Numbered from the whole stretch's first letter, positions 13,929 to 26,870 are shown. The stretch: 63,942 nucleotides of DNA, filler included, from Octopus bimaculoides (GCF_001194135.2; 5 parts of 5 records of this genome joined end to end with filler, not necessarily neighbours in it), one strand, 5' to 3'. Notes: generated by a model not told the origin, from the sequence alone. Translations and numbers: made by a program.

Positions 13929-14765
13929 GGATCTATTTCAAAACGGGGGCACCAGTATTTTCTTAACGAAACACTTTGAAACTTGGGACACTGGTAGAAT
14001 GTGTCATATAAAACATCTTTTACTCTTAGTCTTCTTAACAAAAAAACGTACATCGCAAGTTATTCCATGTTAAAGTTGTCGTATTTCTGTAATTTCAACC
14101 AATCACTGACGTCTATTCAGCTGAATAGAGTTACTGCTGGGCGGTCATAAAAATGTTATTCCCTGTGACATATTTCATCCGGTTTAATCGTAATTTATAC
14201 GCATATATTGTTTATATAATAAATTACGCTGTGCGTATCTATGTGTGTAACAATTTTAGAGTTCGGATTCTAGAGTTAGGGTTAGGGGATTAATACGATA
14301 TACACCGTTACAGCNNNNNNNNNNTTTCTGTAATTTCAACCAATCACTGACGTCTATTCAGCTGAATAGAGTTACTGCTGGGCGGTCATAAAAATGTTAT
14401 TCCCTGTGACATATTTCATCCGGTTTAATCGTAATTTATACGCATATATTGTTTATATAATAAATTACGCTGTGCGTATCTATGTGTGTAACAATTTTAG
14501 AGTTCGGATTCTAGAGTTAGGGTTAGGGGATTAATACGATATACACCGTTACAGCGCTAACTGTTTTCAACTGAATAGACGTCAGTGATTAGTAGAAATT
14601 ATCGAAATAAGACAATTTTTTACATGAAATAAATTCGAATACAAACATTTTTTTCTGTTCTATAACACAAAATAGATAAGTATACGAAGTTTGAAAGTCT
14701 TTCGGTACCAAAATTACTACATAAAACATAGATGTAAACTGGTGCCCCCGTTTTGAAATAGATCC
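13929..14765. mobile_element. Non-autonomous DNA transposon (MITE), Merlin-like
   Basis: Perfect 28-bp TIRs (GGATCTATTTCAAAACGGGGGCACCAGT; 13929-13956 and 14738-14765); 8-bp TSD GAAGAAAG (13921-13928, 14766-14773). GG termini with an 8-bp TSD suggest Merlin. Confidence 0.8.
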
Positions 14766-15299
14766 GAAGAAAGAGTAAGAACTGCGTTGTCCCTTTCCAT
14801 TCGGCCCATGCTCTCAGTTAGACGGCTGAAAACCGAAGAGATCGATATGTTCTCAGTTCGCCAGTTGAAAGCCAAAGAGAGACAAGCGAACCCTTCAATC
14901 GGTTATATAAGGTTCGACCAAGAAGTAGGCCAAACCTAAAACAATGGATTGACCTTTCTACGACCACCGAAGGTCTTCGGAGATCAAGTGTTTATCATTA
15001 ATCTCTCAGCATAGAGATAAAACCCAAAGGATCAGACATTCGTCTGACAGGCAACAGGTGTATGGATTCGGCTTCGAATCTTCAGCTAAACAGAGGAAAA
15101 CGATCTCTCCCACCACCCACGAACGCACAGACGCACGCGCGCTTGTGGATAATATTTTCAACCGAGACATTATAACTGTATCTGTTCATATGCTTCAATT
15201 CTATGAATGTACCCATACTTATTCGATTGCTGACATCTGTCAATGGTTTCTCCCATTGCTTCTATGCACCATTTTGTATTATTATTAAACTGTCGGCAT

Positions 15300-15500
15300 T
15301 TTTGACGACACAGGTATGCTAGTTTAATATAAATCAGAGCTAAATGATTTAGGCGATCTTGTTTCATAGGGTAGCATAGATAATTATTCATTCTTCTGAG
15401 GCTATATAAAGAAGAAAAAAAACCTTCTGAAGAAATGGCAGGACAGGAATCACTCAGAAAATTTAAACTACTGTTCTTAACGAAGTATCAAAATATCGGA
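15300..15500 (-). mobile_element. hAT transposase C-terminal dimerisation-domain remnant
   Basis: CPAISSEGFFS.LYSLRRMNNYLCYPMKQDRLNHLALIYI resembles SAERSFSSLRRLKTYLRSTMKQDRLNHLAL. Confidence 0.6.
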
Positions 15501-16396
15501 CAGCTCAGCGCCTCTGGCTGAAAAATTGACTACAGCAGTCGTTTAAATAGCGGGAGAGGGTTGTCTGAATAATTTGGCTCTTGACATTGCCAAAATTAAA
15601 TTCGACTAAAGCAAAAATAAATTTGTCCTATTTTCAACTTTTGTTTGCTTTTTTTAATCTTAATTTATTTTTTCATCCGATTTTTAACCCGTAAAACCGA
15701 GGCTTATCCAAATCAAAAGTGTGTGCATCCTTCCTCAGCTCACCCGCCTTGTTCGCTATGGTCATACAGGAGTCAATATCAATTAAATTAAAATAGAACA
15801 GATTTATCTCGTCGAGAAAGAGAAACGGTANNNNNNNNNNNNNNNNNNNNNNNNNNNNNNNNNNNNNNNNNNNNNNNNNNNNNNNNNNNNNNNNNNNNNN
15901 NNNNNNNNNNNNNNNNNNNNNNNNNNNNNNNNNNNNNNNNNNNNNNNNNNNNNNNNNNNNNNNNNNNNNNNNNNNNNNNNNNNNNNNNNNNNNNNNNNNN
16001 NNNNNNNNNNNNNNNNNNNNNNNNNNNNNNNNNNNNNNNNNNNNNNNNNNNNNNNNNNNNNNNNNNNNNNNNNNNNNNNNNNNNNNNNNNNNNNNNNNNN
16101 NNNNNNNNNNNNNNNNNNNNNNNNNNNNNNNNNNNNNNNNNNNNNNNNNNNNNNNNNNNNNNNNNNNNNNNNNNNNNNNNNNNNNNNNNNNNNNNNNNNN
16201 NNNNNNNNNNNNNNNNNNNNNNNNNNNNNNNNNNNNNNNNNNNNNNNNNNNNNNNNNNNNNNNNNNNNNNNNNNNNNNNNNNNNNNNNNNNNNNNNNNNN
16301 NNNNNNNNNNATGCAATCTAACCAATCGCAGTCTTCAAATAGATCACGTGAGACAGTCTATTCAACTCCAATTTTGAGCCTACCGTTAGCTATAAA

Positions 16397-16632
16397 GACT
16401 CAAGGCGGCGAGCTGGCAGAAACGTTAGCACGCCGGGCGAAATGCTTAGCGGTATTTCGTCTGCCGCTACGTTCTGAGTTCAATTTCCGCCGAGGTCGAC
16501 TTTGCATTTCATCCTTTCGGGGTCGATAAATTAAGTACCAGTTACACACTGGGGTCGATCTAATCGACTTAATCCCTTTGTCTGTCCTTGCTTGTCCCCT
16601 CTATGTTTAGCCCCTTGTGGGCAATAAAGAAA
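16397..16632 (+). mobile_element. tRNA-derived SINE, young intact copy (family 1)
   Basis: GGCGGCGAGCTGGCAGAAACGTTAGC...GAGTTCAATTTCCGCC..., with a 13-bp TSD CGTTAGCTATAAA (16384-16396, 16633-16645). Confidence 0.88.
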
Positions 16633-17221
16633 CGTTAGCTATAAAAATTCAACTTCTCCAGTTCCAGCGACAAGGCTAGATAACACCCGTCCAACAGCAT
16701 TACAGCGACTTCCATCTTCGTCGCCACCATCAGTTCTCTCACCGACGTCGTCAATGATATCTCTATGTACACAGCACCAGCCACACTGCACAGGTCCTAA
16801 CAGCGTTGTTCGTGAGCTACCTCACCATGGTTAACAGCAAACGTACAACCCACACAGATGCATGTAAATACATGAATAAATGTTCTCCAAACCTTCTACT
16901 CGGTTGTGTCTGCGTCCACCATTTTTTATCACATTAAATTCCGATATAATTGTAATTTACACTGTCTGAAAGATATTTGTAGAAAATTTCACTAAAACAT
17001 ACCCAATTTTCTGAAAATTATGAAGAAACAAATTCGTGGGAGGGCACATTTGTGTAGACATGCCCTACTCGATATATATAGAAAATGACAGAATGTAGAA
17101 ATGCGGGGAAAAAAACTTACTTGATGTTAGCTAAAATAGAAAATGTTATCTAGTGGGTTTATCTGCCGGTCTAATAAATCGATACAGAATAAATAAATGC
17201 ACTACGATAACAAATTAGAAG

Positions 17222-18264
17222 CAAATTTAGAGATCGCGAAAAAAAAAAATCCTTACCCAGGCTAGTTCTTCCACGGAAATACTATTAAAAAAAATAATAA
17301 AACATAACTTGTGCGAAAATAAAATCGTAAACATGGAATGAATGGGGGTAAAACGGGTCTCACACTAAGATTAAGTTTTACGAGCTCGAGCAGTGCTGGT
17401 AGGAGTCCACAAGATGCCCGGGTTTGCTCTGGTTTAGCACCGTCACTGTTGATCTCATACAATAAAGCTATAACGAAGATGAGTATGTGAAGAAAATGTA
17501 TAAATGAGATATATACAACTTGAGATTGAAACTGAACTGGTGTTTCCCATACATGAATTAACATAACAACAGCTTATGACAAAGATGTGTGAGAGAACTT
17601 CGTAGTTAGGTAGGACTGTTGATGTTATCGACATAGTTGACGTACTGTTGGTGGTGTGTAGAGGCAGCTGTTGGTCGTGTGATATAGACAGGCGTCTGGT
17701 GGAGATGAAAGCGGAGAATAGGTGCAGAATGTCAGGAGTAAGTAATCTTCAGATCCTACCATGTTGTTTAAGCAACTGCCTTCGTGTTATGGGTCTGTTG
17801 GCCCAAGGTTAACCTATGGCTACATAACAACAACAGCTTCTAATTCTGTTGCTACCAACATTATAATAATCGCTTAAAGTTTCTTTATCTTTCTTTTGCC
17901 GTATGTGTGACGAGAGGTTAAGATACAGTTTACTGTCGTAAAAAAGTGAAAGTAAAATGGCTTGAAATAAAAAATGGAAGTAAATTGCGATAGTAACTAG
18001 AAGTGACATAGCAAACTTTCATAAAATACGTTTGATATCCGATAGATGGGCTTTCTATATGGGTCTCAGCAACTTCTGTACTTAGTTGTCAACCATTCAC
18101 TCAATTTTGTTGATGTAAGCGATGACAGCATCCATAAACTGTCTATGGGGATGAGTGCTTGCCAAGACGAAACTCAAGCAGCAATGTTGGAATAGTGACG
18201 ACTTATTTGCATCTCCCTGATCTCTAAATTTGGTGAAACAAATTTAGAGATCGCGAAAAAAAAA
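17222..18264. mobile_element. Unclassified insertion of about 1 kb flanked by a 26-bp direct repeat
   Basis: CAAATTTAGAGATCGCG(A)9 at 17222-17247 and 18239-18264; internal sequence not recognised. Confidence 0.55.
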
Positions 18265-18405
18265 CAAAAAACTATTTACGAATCTCATTTCGTGCACTAA
18301 TGATATATATTTTTTCAGCTAATAGGATTGTGTTCATCTTGTATAAAATATATGCACAGTTTACACGATATATTAAATACGAAATTATGGAATGTTACAG
18401 TCGTC

Positions 18406-19107
18406 CAGTGGCGGCTCGTGTATAGGCACTGTGGAACTGCAGCACCCTCTATTTCCACTCGATATTATCGATAACATTCAATATAATGAGTCCTTTTTCT
18501 TTAATTCTTTCTTTATACTTGTACATTATACAATCCTTAAGCTTAATGCCAGTAGCCATTCCCTAGTTTATGAAAAAAATACAAGAATCCTTGTATAGAA
18601 CTGTGCGCTTCACAGTTCCAGCGACGCGGTGTTTGACTGTTGTGCGCATGCTCACATGTCCGAGATAGAAAGTTGCACACTAGGGAGAGAGAACACTGTG
18701 GTTCACGCAGTGCCGACCCTGCTGTGCTGGTGAAAGGTAGAGTTTCTTTTTCACTCCGCGTGTGTTGTGCTTAAAAACATGTTTAAATTCTTGAATGTGA
18801 TAAAGTGTAGAATTAGATTACTATCCTGCTTCCAGCTTCAGTGTTGCTGCAAGGATTTGAAAAATAGGATAGATTTTCCCCCTTAGTTTATGATTTAGTG
18901 GGGATTTTGAAAAACAAGGGGGATTTCGCGACGGTGTTCAGTGAACAAATTAAACAAACTACCCAGCAGTGGCTAAAACGCGAACCGATCAAGTTTATGT
19001 ATAAATTTTCTTTTTATATGTTTGTTTCCTTTTACACAATATTAAAACAACGGCTAAAATTTTTCTGAAGCAGCACCCCTTCTAATTTAATCTCTGAGCC
19101 GCCACTG
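18406..19107. mobile_element. hAT-type MITE
   Basis: 12-bp TIR CAGTGGCGGCTC / GAGCCGCCACTG; 8-bp TSD CAGTCGTC / CTGTCGTC (7 of 8 match); non-coding. Confidence 0.8.
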
Positions 19108-19669
19108 CTGTCGTCACATCTGGTTTCTATCGCATATTTCATTAAAAAAAAAAACCAGTTTACATTCACTTTTTTTCTCTACGGTAAGTTGCATGTTAAC
19201 CTCCTGAGGCTATGAGTTTGCACCAGATATAGTCTTGGTAAAATGCCGTACGAGAACATTTAGTGTTCTCTGAAAAGTGTAGGTCTGGGTAAGGTTATAT
19301 GACAGATCAGTATGTTCTCATGCCAAATACAGTAAGGCATTTTTTCTGATGCTCCATTGATTGTACCGTTGAAGCTTATATCTATAACGTACAGGAACGC
19401 CAATGACAAGACAAAGATGGTATCTTTATGAAGTCAACCCATCTTCTAGAAGTAGCAACCAAACCTCCCTCAAACTATGACTGTCATCTTAAAACAAAGA
19501 AAGGAGAGGACATATTGGGTAATGTAGCCAACAATATGAAAGAAATAGAATAGAATAAGACAAGGTATCTATGACGTCTTCGATCATAGGTATAGTCAAT
19601 AGGAGTTGGCCTGGGGCTAAACAGCATCAGCAGTCATATTTTTTTTACCTGTATAATCGTTATAATAAT

Positions 19670-19714
19670 CGTACGCTGAAGAAGGGAAATAACCCTGAAA
19701 CTCGGGTCCGTACG
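19670..19714 (+). ncRNA. Type I hammerhead ribozyme, intact core
   Basis: CGTACG-CTGAAGA-AGGG aaataa CCCT-GAA-AC tcgg GT-C-CGTACG. Stem I 6 bp, stem II 4 bp, stem III 2 bp plus loop; predicted GUC cleavage after 19708. Confidence 0.85.
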
Positions 19715-20124
19715 TATCGCAGATCAAGATGGGAAGGATAACTTCCCTTGGCAAAAATAGACAGGACACAGATATGTGTCGATAAGCCAGCTGGAGGAGA
19801 TGTTCTCCTGGGGCTAAAAGCAACAGTAACATCCACCCTTAGGGGTCAGCCACATTTAAATGGCAAATATACTTCACTTTATCGTGCAGTTACTGTTAAC
19901 ACCTCGTTCAGAGATTTAACATCGTTATAATAATCATCGCCATCTTCACGATCACTTTCATAGCCGTTACTTCCACAGATATCTTTATTGTCATCGTTAC
20001 CACATCCCCACTACTGTCATCACTACCACCACCAACAACACCATCACCATCATCATCATCATCATCATCATCATCATGACGACGACGACCACCACCACCT
20101 TCCCCCCACCAACACATCCACTAC

Positions 20125-20224
20125 NNNNNNNNNNNNNNNNNNNNNNNNNNNNNNNNNNNNNNNNNNNNTTAATTAATTAANNNNNNNNNNNNNNNNNNNN
20201 NNNNNNNNNNNNNNNNNNNNNNNN
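20125..20224. other. 100-bp scaffold gap with TTAATTAATTAA six-frame stop linker
   Basis: 44 N + TTAATTAATTAA + 44 N; the same motif sits inside N runs near 31676, 58778 and 62823. Confidence 0.95.
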
Positions 20225-20323
20225 TATACATATATATGTACATATATATACATGCATATATATGTGTATTCATATATATATACACACACATATGTATATG
20301 CATGTGTATGTATGAGTGTGTAT

Positions 20324-20356
<33 letters not shown>

Positions 20357-23300
20357 TTGTTTATGATTTTGCTGTTGTTGAATTCTGCAGTTTATTTATT
20401 TTTCAGCTTGCTTACTGTAGTTTTATTATAATATCAATTCTGCATTTGTTTGTCTCAATTGCCACGCTTCTGAGGTGGTTTTATTTCTTCAGTATAGACT
20501 TATGTGGTGGTGGTGGTGGAGGTGGTGGTACTAATGATGGTGTTTATGTATGTGTGAGGGGAAAGATAGAAAGAAAGAGGTTGTTGCTGTAAGCTTTGTT
20601 CTTGTTTAGCCACAGGTCAACCTTGGCCAACCTCATGAGCTAACCTTTGATGAAAATAATTCCAGTCATGACCATCCCATCTTTTAAGAAATAATGTTAT
20701 CATCATCATCCTTATAATCATGACCCTCTAATATCTGTTTTCGATGCTGGCATGGGTGGGATGATTTGACAGGAGCTGATGAACCACAAAGACTACACAA
20801 AGTACCACTCTGTCTGCTTTGGTATGGTTTCTATAGCCAGATGCCCTTCTCAACACCAACCACTTTACAGAGAGTACAAGTTGCTTTTTACATGGCATCG
20901 GCACCAGCAAGGTCACCCAATAACTTGCAAGATGAGACCCCTCAACTGAAGAGCAAGAAGTAGTTGAGGGAGCTGGATTAGTGCCTGGTAATGAAGGATT
21001 AAAATATGACAAAGGAGGAGAAACAGACTGTAAAGGAGAAACATGGCTACCCCATGTAAGACTAGATTATCTAATGCCCTATCCTTCTCTAAAATAGTAA
21101 GGAGTGATTTGAGGAGTATTTAGCTGGTATCTTTAATGAGTCAAACAACCACATCAAAGGTCCCTTTTTCTACACTGTCTCATACTATTATTTTGGTATG
21201 TAAGAAGTAGCTTTACACTGTGTTATTTATGCCTATATCTATAGTTTGTTTATATAGACAGGTGTCGTCTAACTGGCAACTGGGCCAGTGGCACATAAAA
21301 AACACCCTTCCAACTTTCGGTCTCACAGAAGCAGCGACAAGTGCCCAATACCTTTGGTAATATACCATGCCTGAAGATGGCGAGCTGGCAGAAATGTTAG
21401 CATGCAGGGCAATATGCTTAGCAGGTGCTTCGTCAGTCTTTACGCTCTGAGTTCAAATTCTGCCGAGGTCGACTTTGCCTTTCATCCTTTCGGGGTTGAT
21501 AAATTAAGTACCAGTTGTGTACTGGGATCGATCTNNNNNNNNNNNNNNNNNNNNNNNNNNNNNNNNNNNNNNNNNNNNNNNNNNNNNNNNNNNNNNNNNN
21601 NNNNNNNNNNNNNNNNNNNNNNNNNNNNNNNNNNNTTCAGGCCTTGTGCCTACAGTAGAAAAGAATACATTGTGCTTGAGAAGACCTGTCAAGCCAAGTG
21701 AGATCACAGTCATGGCAGACGCCGGTGTTTCGTAATTGGCATCAGTGCCAGTGAGCACTCACTACACCCTTGGAGTGCTTGGCGTTAGGAAGGGCATCCA
21801 GCTGTCGAAACCATGCCAAATCAGATTGAAACCTGGTGTAGCTACTCAGCTTACCAGTTTTCAGTCAAACCGTCCAACCAGCAGGGAAAACGGACGTCAA
21901 ATGATTATGTATGTTAGATTTATCTATTCTTATCTTTAACTTGTGTCAGTCATTGAACTGTAGCCTTGTTGGGGCACTACTTTGAAGGGCTTAGTCAAAC
22001 AAATTAACTCCAGTACTTTTTTTTCAAAGTCTGGTATTTATTCTATCATTCTCTTTTGCTCAACTGCTAAGTCACAGGGATGTAAACAAACCAACACTGG
22101 TGATCAAGCACTGGTGGAAGACAAACACAAACACAGATATAGACATGTTTTATATATATATGCACACACATGTGCACACACAAACACACACACAAACACA
22201 CACACATACACGCACGCACACACACACACATATATAACATTGCTATTATGTTAAATTGTCATATGTCCAAATTTGGCCAAATACATTTTTTCAATATTTA
22301 TTTTTACTTTCAATAACCGGCCCTTTTTGTCAAACTGTCGTATCTCCAGCTGCTTCAGATACCAAGATATCAAAAATTGTCAAAGTGTAGTAAAACGGTT
22401 TTGCTATGGAATGGTGAAACTATTTTTTCGTTTTCTGAAAAAGCAACAATATGTGTATATACAACTGGTTTCTTTCAATTTCTGTCAACCAAATCCCCTC
22501 TCAAGGCTTTAGTTGGTTCAAGGTGATAGTAGAAGACACTGGCCCAAAGTGTCACACAGTGAGACTGAATCCTAAACTATGTGGTTGTGGAGCAAGCTTC
22601 TTACCATGAACCCATGCCGACACTTATTGCTACAATTTTGTTATTTTTGGCGCAATGATATTTGTGGCCATATGCATATTTATTTGTTATACACAGTTTT
22701 TTTTAAAACTAGTAAACTGCAAGTTACTTTTAAAAAAGTAATACACAATGGAAAAAATAGTTAGTGAGTGTGCAAAGGATAATGTAGGATAAAAAAGACT
22801 CATTAATATTGCTGAGAACATGACAACCTCTCTAGTGCTGGTGCCACAATAAAATGTACCCAGAGCACTCTGTAGAGTGATTGGCAATAGGAAGAGCATC
22901 CAGCAATAGAAACCAATCAAGACGTGGCTACCTAACCTGCCTACAATGATGGTAACTCTGAATAAGTTTATTGAAACTGAAGCTGACAACTGGTCTAACC
23001 CATGCCTGCATAGAACACAGATGTATGATGATGATGGTGGTGGTAATGATGATGATGATGGGCATGTAGATGATGATGATGAGGAGGAGGAGGATAAGGA
23101 GGACGGTGGCTGTGGTTGTGGTGTTGGTGGTGGTGGTGATGGTGGTGGTATAGTTTTAGTTTTTGTTTTAGGAAGTCTGTGTTATTTTGTGTCTGTTTTT
23201 TTTTTTTTTTTTTTTTTTTCTTATTTAAGCAGTATGTAATATGGGTCTATAACTAAAGTTCCAATGTCTAGGCTGTCTTTCTTTGGCTCAATTTATTATA

Positions 23301-23908
23301 ATTGTCTTTTTATTTTTGATTTGCTATTTGTCTCTTCCATTTTTCTTGTTAATATCATTCATACGGCTTCTGTTTTTAATGTTTTCCTTTCTCAGTGAAT
23401 TTCTTTTTTTTTCCATATTATTGTAGTTGATATCACATGAATTATATACATCGTAGTAGTAGCGCAAAAAGAAGTTGTTGTTGTAATTGTTGTAGCAATC
23501 GTTATTGCACTTGTGTATTGTTTGTTCTAATAGTAATTGGCAGTTTACAAGTTTAAAAAGAAATGTGCATAAATATAAATAATGATATAACCACACAAAT
23601 ATAAATGCATATATTACTTTATATACACAAAATCGTTGCAAAAATAAAGACACACGTTCATCCATATTATGAACAAAGAAAAATGATTTCCAAAAATATA
23701 TGTACATCTAAGACAAAGTATAAAACATTCAAGATTATCTATATTTAATGCTAGTCTGTGTGTCTATTCTTTTGTAAATACATGGGTACATTCATGCATA
23801 CATTGCATATATATATATATGTACAGGGGATGTAATAAGTCTCTGTGTGTATGCATACAAAAATCTATTATGTATGAATATGTCTGTATGCACGTGTGTG
23901 TATGTGTA

Positions 23909-23941
<33 letters not shown>

Positions 23942-24180
23942 ATATATGCATGTATTGTTTGTTGATGCATCAATCCATAATTGTGTCTTTTTAGTCAGTG
24001 GAGTAAAACCAAAGGCCTGGAGTGTAGGATAAACAGAACTACTTGAGAAATCAATTAGACTGTTAGATCAATGGACAAGACGTGTAAATGGTGTGTGTCA
24101 ATGTTGGATTCCTTAAAAAAAGACATTATATTTGTTTGTGTGTGTGTGTGTATACACAGATACATGCATACATACATATG

Positions 24181-24227
<47 letters not shown>

Positions 24228-24409
24228 ATATACATTCATTATATATACATCTATGGTTGTGTGGTAAGTAGCTTGCTTACCAACCACATGGTTCCAGGTT
24301 CAGTTCCACTGTAGGGCACCTTGAAGGCAAGTGTCTTCTACTATAGCTTTGGGCCGACCAAAGCCTTGTGAGGGGATTTGGTAGACAGAAACTGAAAGAA
24401 GCTTGTTGT

Positions 24410-24416
24410 ATATATG

Positions 24417-24455
<39 letters not shown>

Positions 24456-24459
24456 AGTG

Positions 24460-24522
<63 letters not shown>
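24410..24522. repeat. Compound microsatellite (TA)n(TG)n(AGAT)n
   Basis: Directly visible. Similar compounds at 2305-2360, 26680-26939, 30656-30795, 61620-61830, 62460-62630. Confidence 0.95.
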
Positions 24523-24525
<3 letters not shown>

Positions 24526-24688
24526 GATGAAACTAGAAGCCCAAAACATCAAAATTGCTGTCATCACTCTTCTTGTAGAAGTATAATGAATATGTATTTT
24601 ACAAAAAGTATTGAATGATTCTGCAGTTTAATGTAAAACTGTTTTTTTATCATATCTCAATATAGGAACAAGCATTAATGTGTGGTGT

Positions 24689-24732
<44 letters not shown>

Positions 24733-25906
24733 GCATACGTGTATATAAATGGTTAGAGGTTAACTTTGTTATTGAAAGGTTTTCTAGCAGTAAATCTTTA
24801 TATATATATATATTTCAGGCAATGTACGTGCAGGATGAAATTATTCAATGAAGCCTTCTATATCTAAGACAATAGGTTGTAATTTGAAAGGTGTTTGACT
24901 AATATTTCTAGCAGGATGAGCCACAACATAGCAGCTCATTTGTTAGTGTTCATATGTTGCATTATAGATTTTAATAAGTGTGTTTGTACTTAGGATTATC
25001 ATGCAGCTAATCCTAATGAGATTATCGTTTCTGCTCAATTGGTTTTTGGAATACTTTGATACAATATTTTTGTGTATATTTTTATTATCTTTTATTGTTG
25101 GGGGTGGGATAGCTTTTAATTCATTAAGTGTTCTTTTAAAGATGGTAGAGAGCAGACTAAATATCTTGTATTTAATTACTACTCTTTATGTTCTGCTCTT
25201 CAAGTGGACTTTGCTTTCCACATTCCTATGGTTTCAATGCATCAGTCCTTTTTCATGAAGACGTTAGTGTAATTTTAAAGAAAATTTAGTTGCTATTTCC
25301 AACAGATTAAGGCTACCTGAAAAATAGTTATCAAGAAATGAAATTCAATTATACATGTATTTCAATTTTTAAGGGTCGTTTAAAGTCCAATGCTAAAATT
25401 AAAAATCAAAACTTTCCCAAAGAAGTCAGCAGAAACAGTAATAGTCAGCTATTGCAGTCTTGAAGGCAGCAAACTGGCAGAATTCTTGATATGCCAGGTA
25501 AAATGCTTAGCGGCATGATGTCTGTCTTTACGTTCACCAGGGTCAGCTTTTCTTTTTGCCGTTTTGGGGTTGATAAAATAAATACCATTTGAGCACTTAT
25601 CCCCACCCCCAAAATTGCTGGCCTTGTGCCAGAATTTGAAATCAGTATTTTATTGCAATCCTAAGGAAGTGAGCTGGCAGTACCATCAGCATGCCAGGTA
25701 AAATGCTTAACAGCATTTCATCCATATTTATGTTCTGAGTTCAAATTCTGCTTAAGTCAACTTTGCCTTTCGTCCTTTTGGGGTCAATAAAATTTGAACT
25801 CAGAATGTAAAGACAGGTGAAACATGGCTAAGCATTTTGCCCAACATACCAACATTTTTGCCAGCTCATCACTTATACAGCCATATTATATTTACAGTTG
25901 TATATT

Positions 25907-26073
25907 TAAGAGATGAGGAATTATGTACATTATTTACATTATTTACATTCGACAGATATTTGTCCTCATTTTGTTTGTTGTCCTCATCTTGTTTGTTGCA
26001 GAAACGCTGTGTTAACAACAAACAAGATGAGGACAAATATCCGTCGAATGTAAATAATGTAAATAATGTGCAT
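25907..26073. repeat. Fold-back (inverted) partial copy of the HHR-SINE 3' end
   Basis: Left arm matches 35706-35770 in the same orientation. Right arm (from about 25991, GAAACGCTGTGTTAACAAC...) is its reverse complement. Confidence 0.85.
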
Positions 26074-26714
26074 ATTACATTTGCTTCATATTTTGGCACA
26101 AGGCCAGTAATTTCAGGGAGGAGATAAGTCGATTTCACATCAACCCCAGTACTTGACTGGGCTGGTAGTTATCTTATCAAATCCTTTTGGGTTTGAAAGG
26201 CAAGTCAACCTTGGTGAAATTTGAACTTAGAAATAAAGATTGACAAGATGCCACTAAGCATTTTGCTCAGCATGCCAACGCTTCTACCAGCTTGCCACCT
26301 TACAGCCATATAATATCAGAAGCAGTTATTTATTGATGTTGAGTAGAGTATTATTTTTTTTATATTTTGGCATCCCACTTTGACCCTCATGTGACACTCA
26401 AAGAATAAAGTAAAATTAGATAAAAAGAAATAAAAGGAAAGTGAAAGTAAAGTTAACCAATCAAGTACATGAAGTAGATTAATTGTAATCCCAATGAAAG
26501 CACAGCTTCCACTCTATGAGATAGCTGACAAAAGTACAGTTTACTTATACAATATATTGTGTACATAGCCAAGTGGTCTTAACACCAAGTGAAAGATCAA
26601 TGTCAAAATTTATTTACTACTAAGCAACCATATTTGATTTAAAGTCTGCTTCCATAGTTTGTCTTGTATCTGTATATCTGTGTGTGTGTGAGTGTGTGTG
26701 TGTATGTGTGTGTG

Positions 26715-26754
<40 letters not shown>

Positions 26755-26870
26755 TAAGACTAAGTATAGGCTTAATAAACATGTGGCTATGACACTTTCT
26801 CTTGCTCTCCCTCCCCTCTCTCTCTCTCCCTCACTTTACACATGCATAATATATAATTATATATACATAC

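Noticed and set aside
14084-14555. 231-bp exact tandem duplication
   Set aside because: The copies are separated by exactly 10 N: unmerged contig overlap.
13690-15000. Possible RTE remnant split by the Merlin-like MITE (RPRSRPNLKQWID)
   Set aside because: Only one short motif; insufficient.
16347-16933. Possible solo LTR (cGTGA...TCACA, with AATAAA) interrupted by a SINE
   Set aside because: No matching TSD and no second copy in the window.
18145-18175. GATGAGT...ACGAAAC
   Set aside because: Lacks the CU of CUGAUGA and has no stem I/III.
20169-20180. TTAATTAATTAA recurring at about 20169, 31676, 58778 and 62823
   Set aside because: Always centred in N runs (44 N on each side at 20169); a six-frame stop linker added during assembly.
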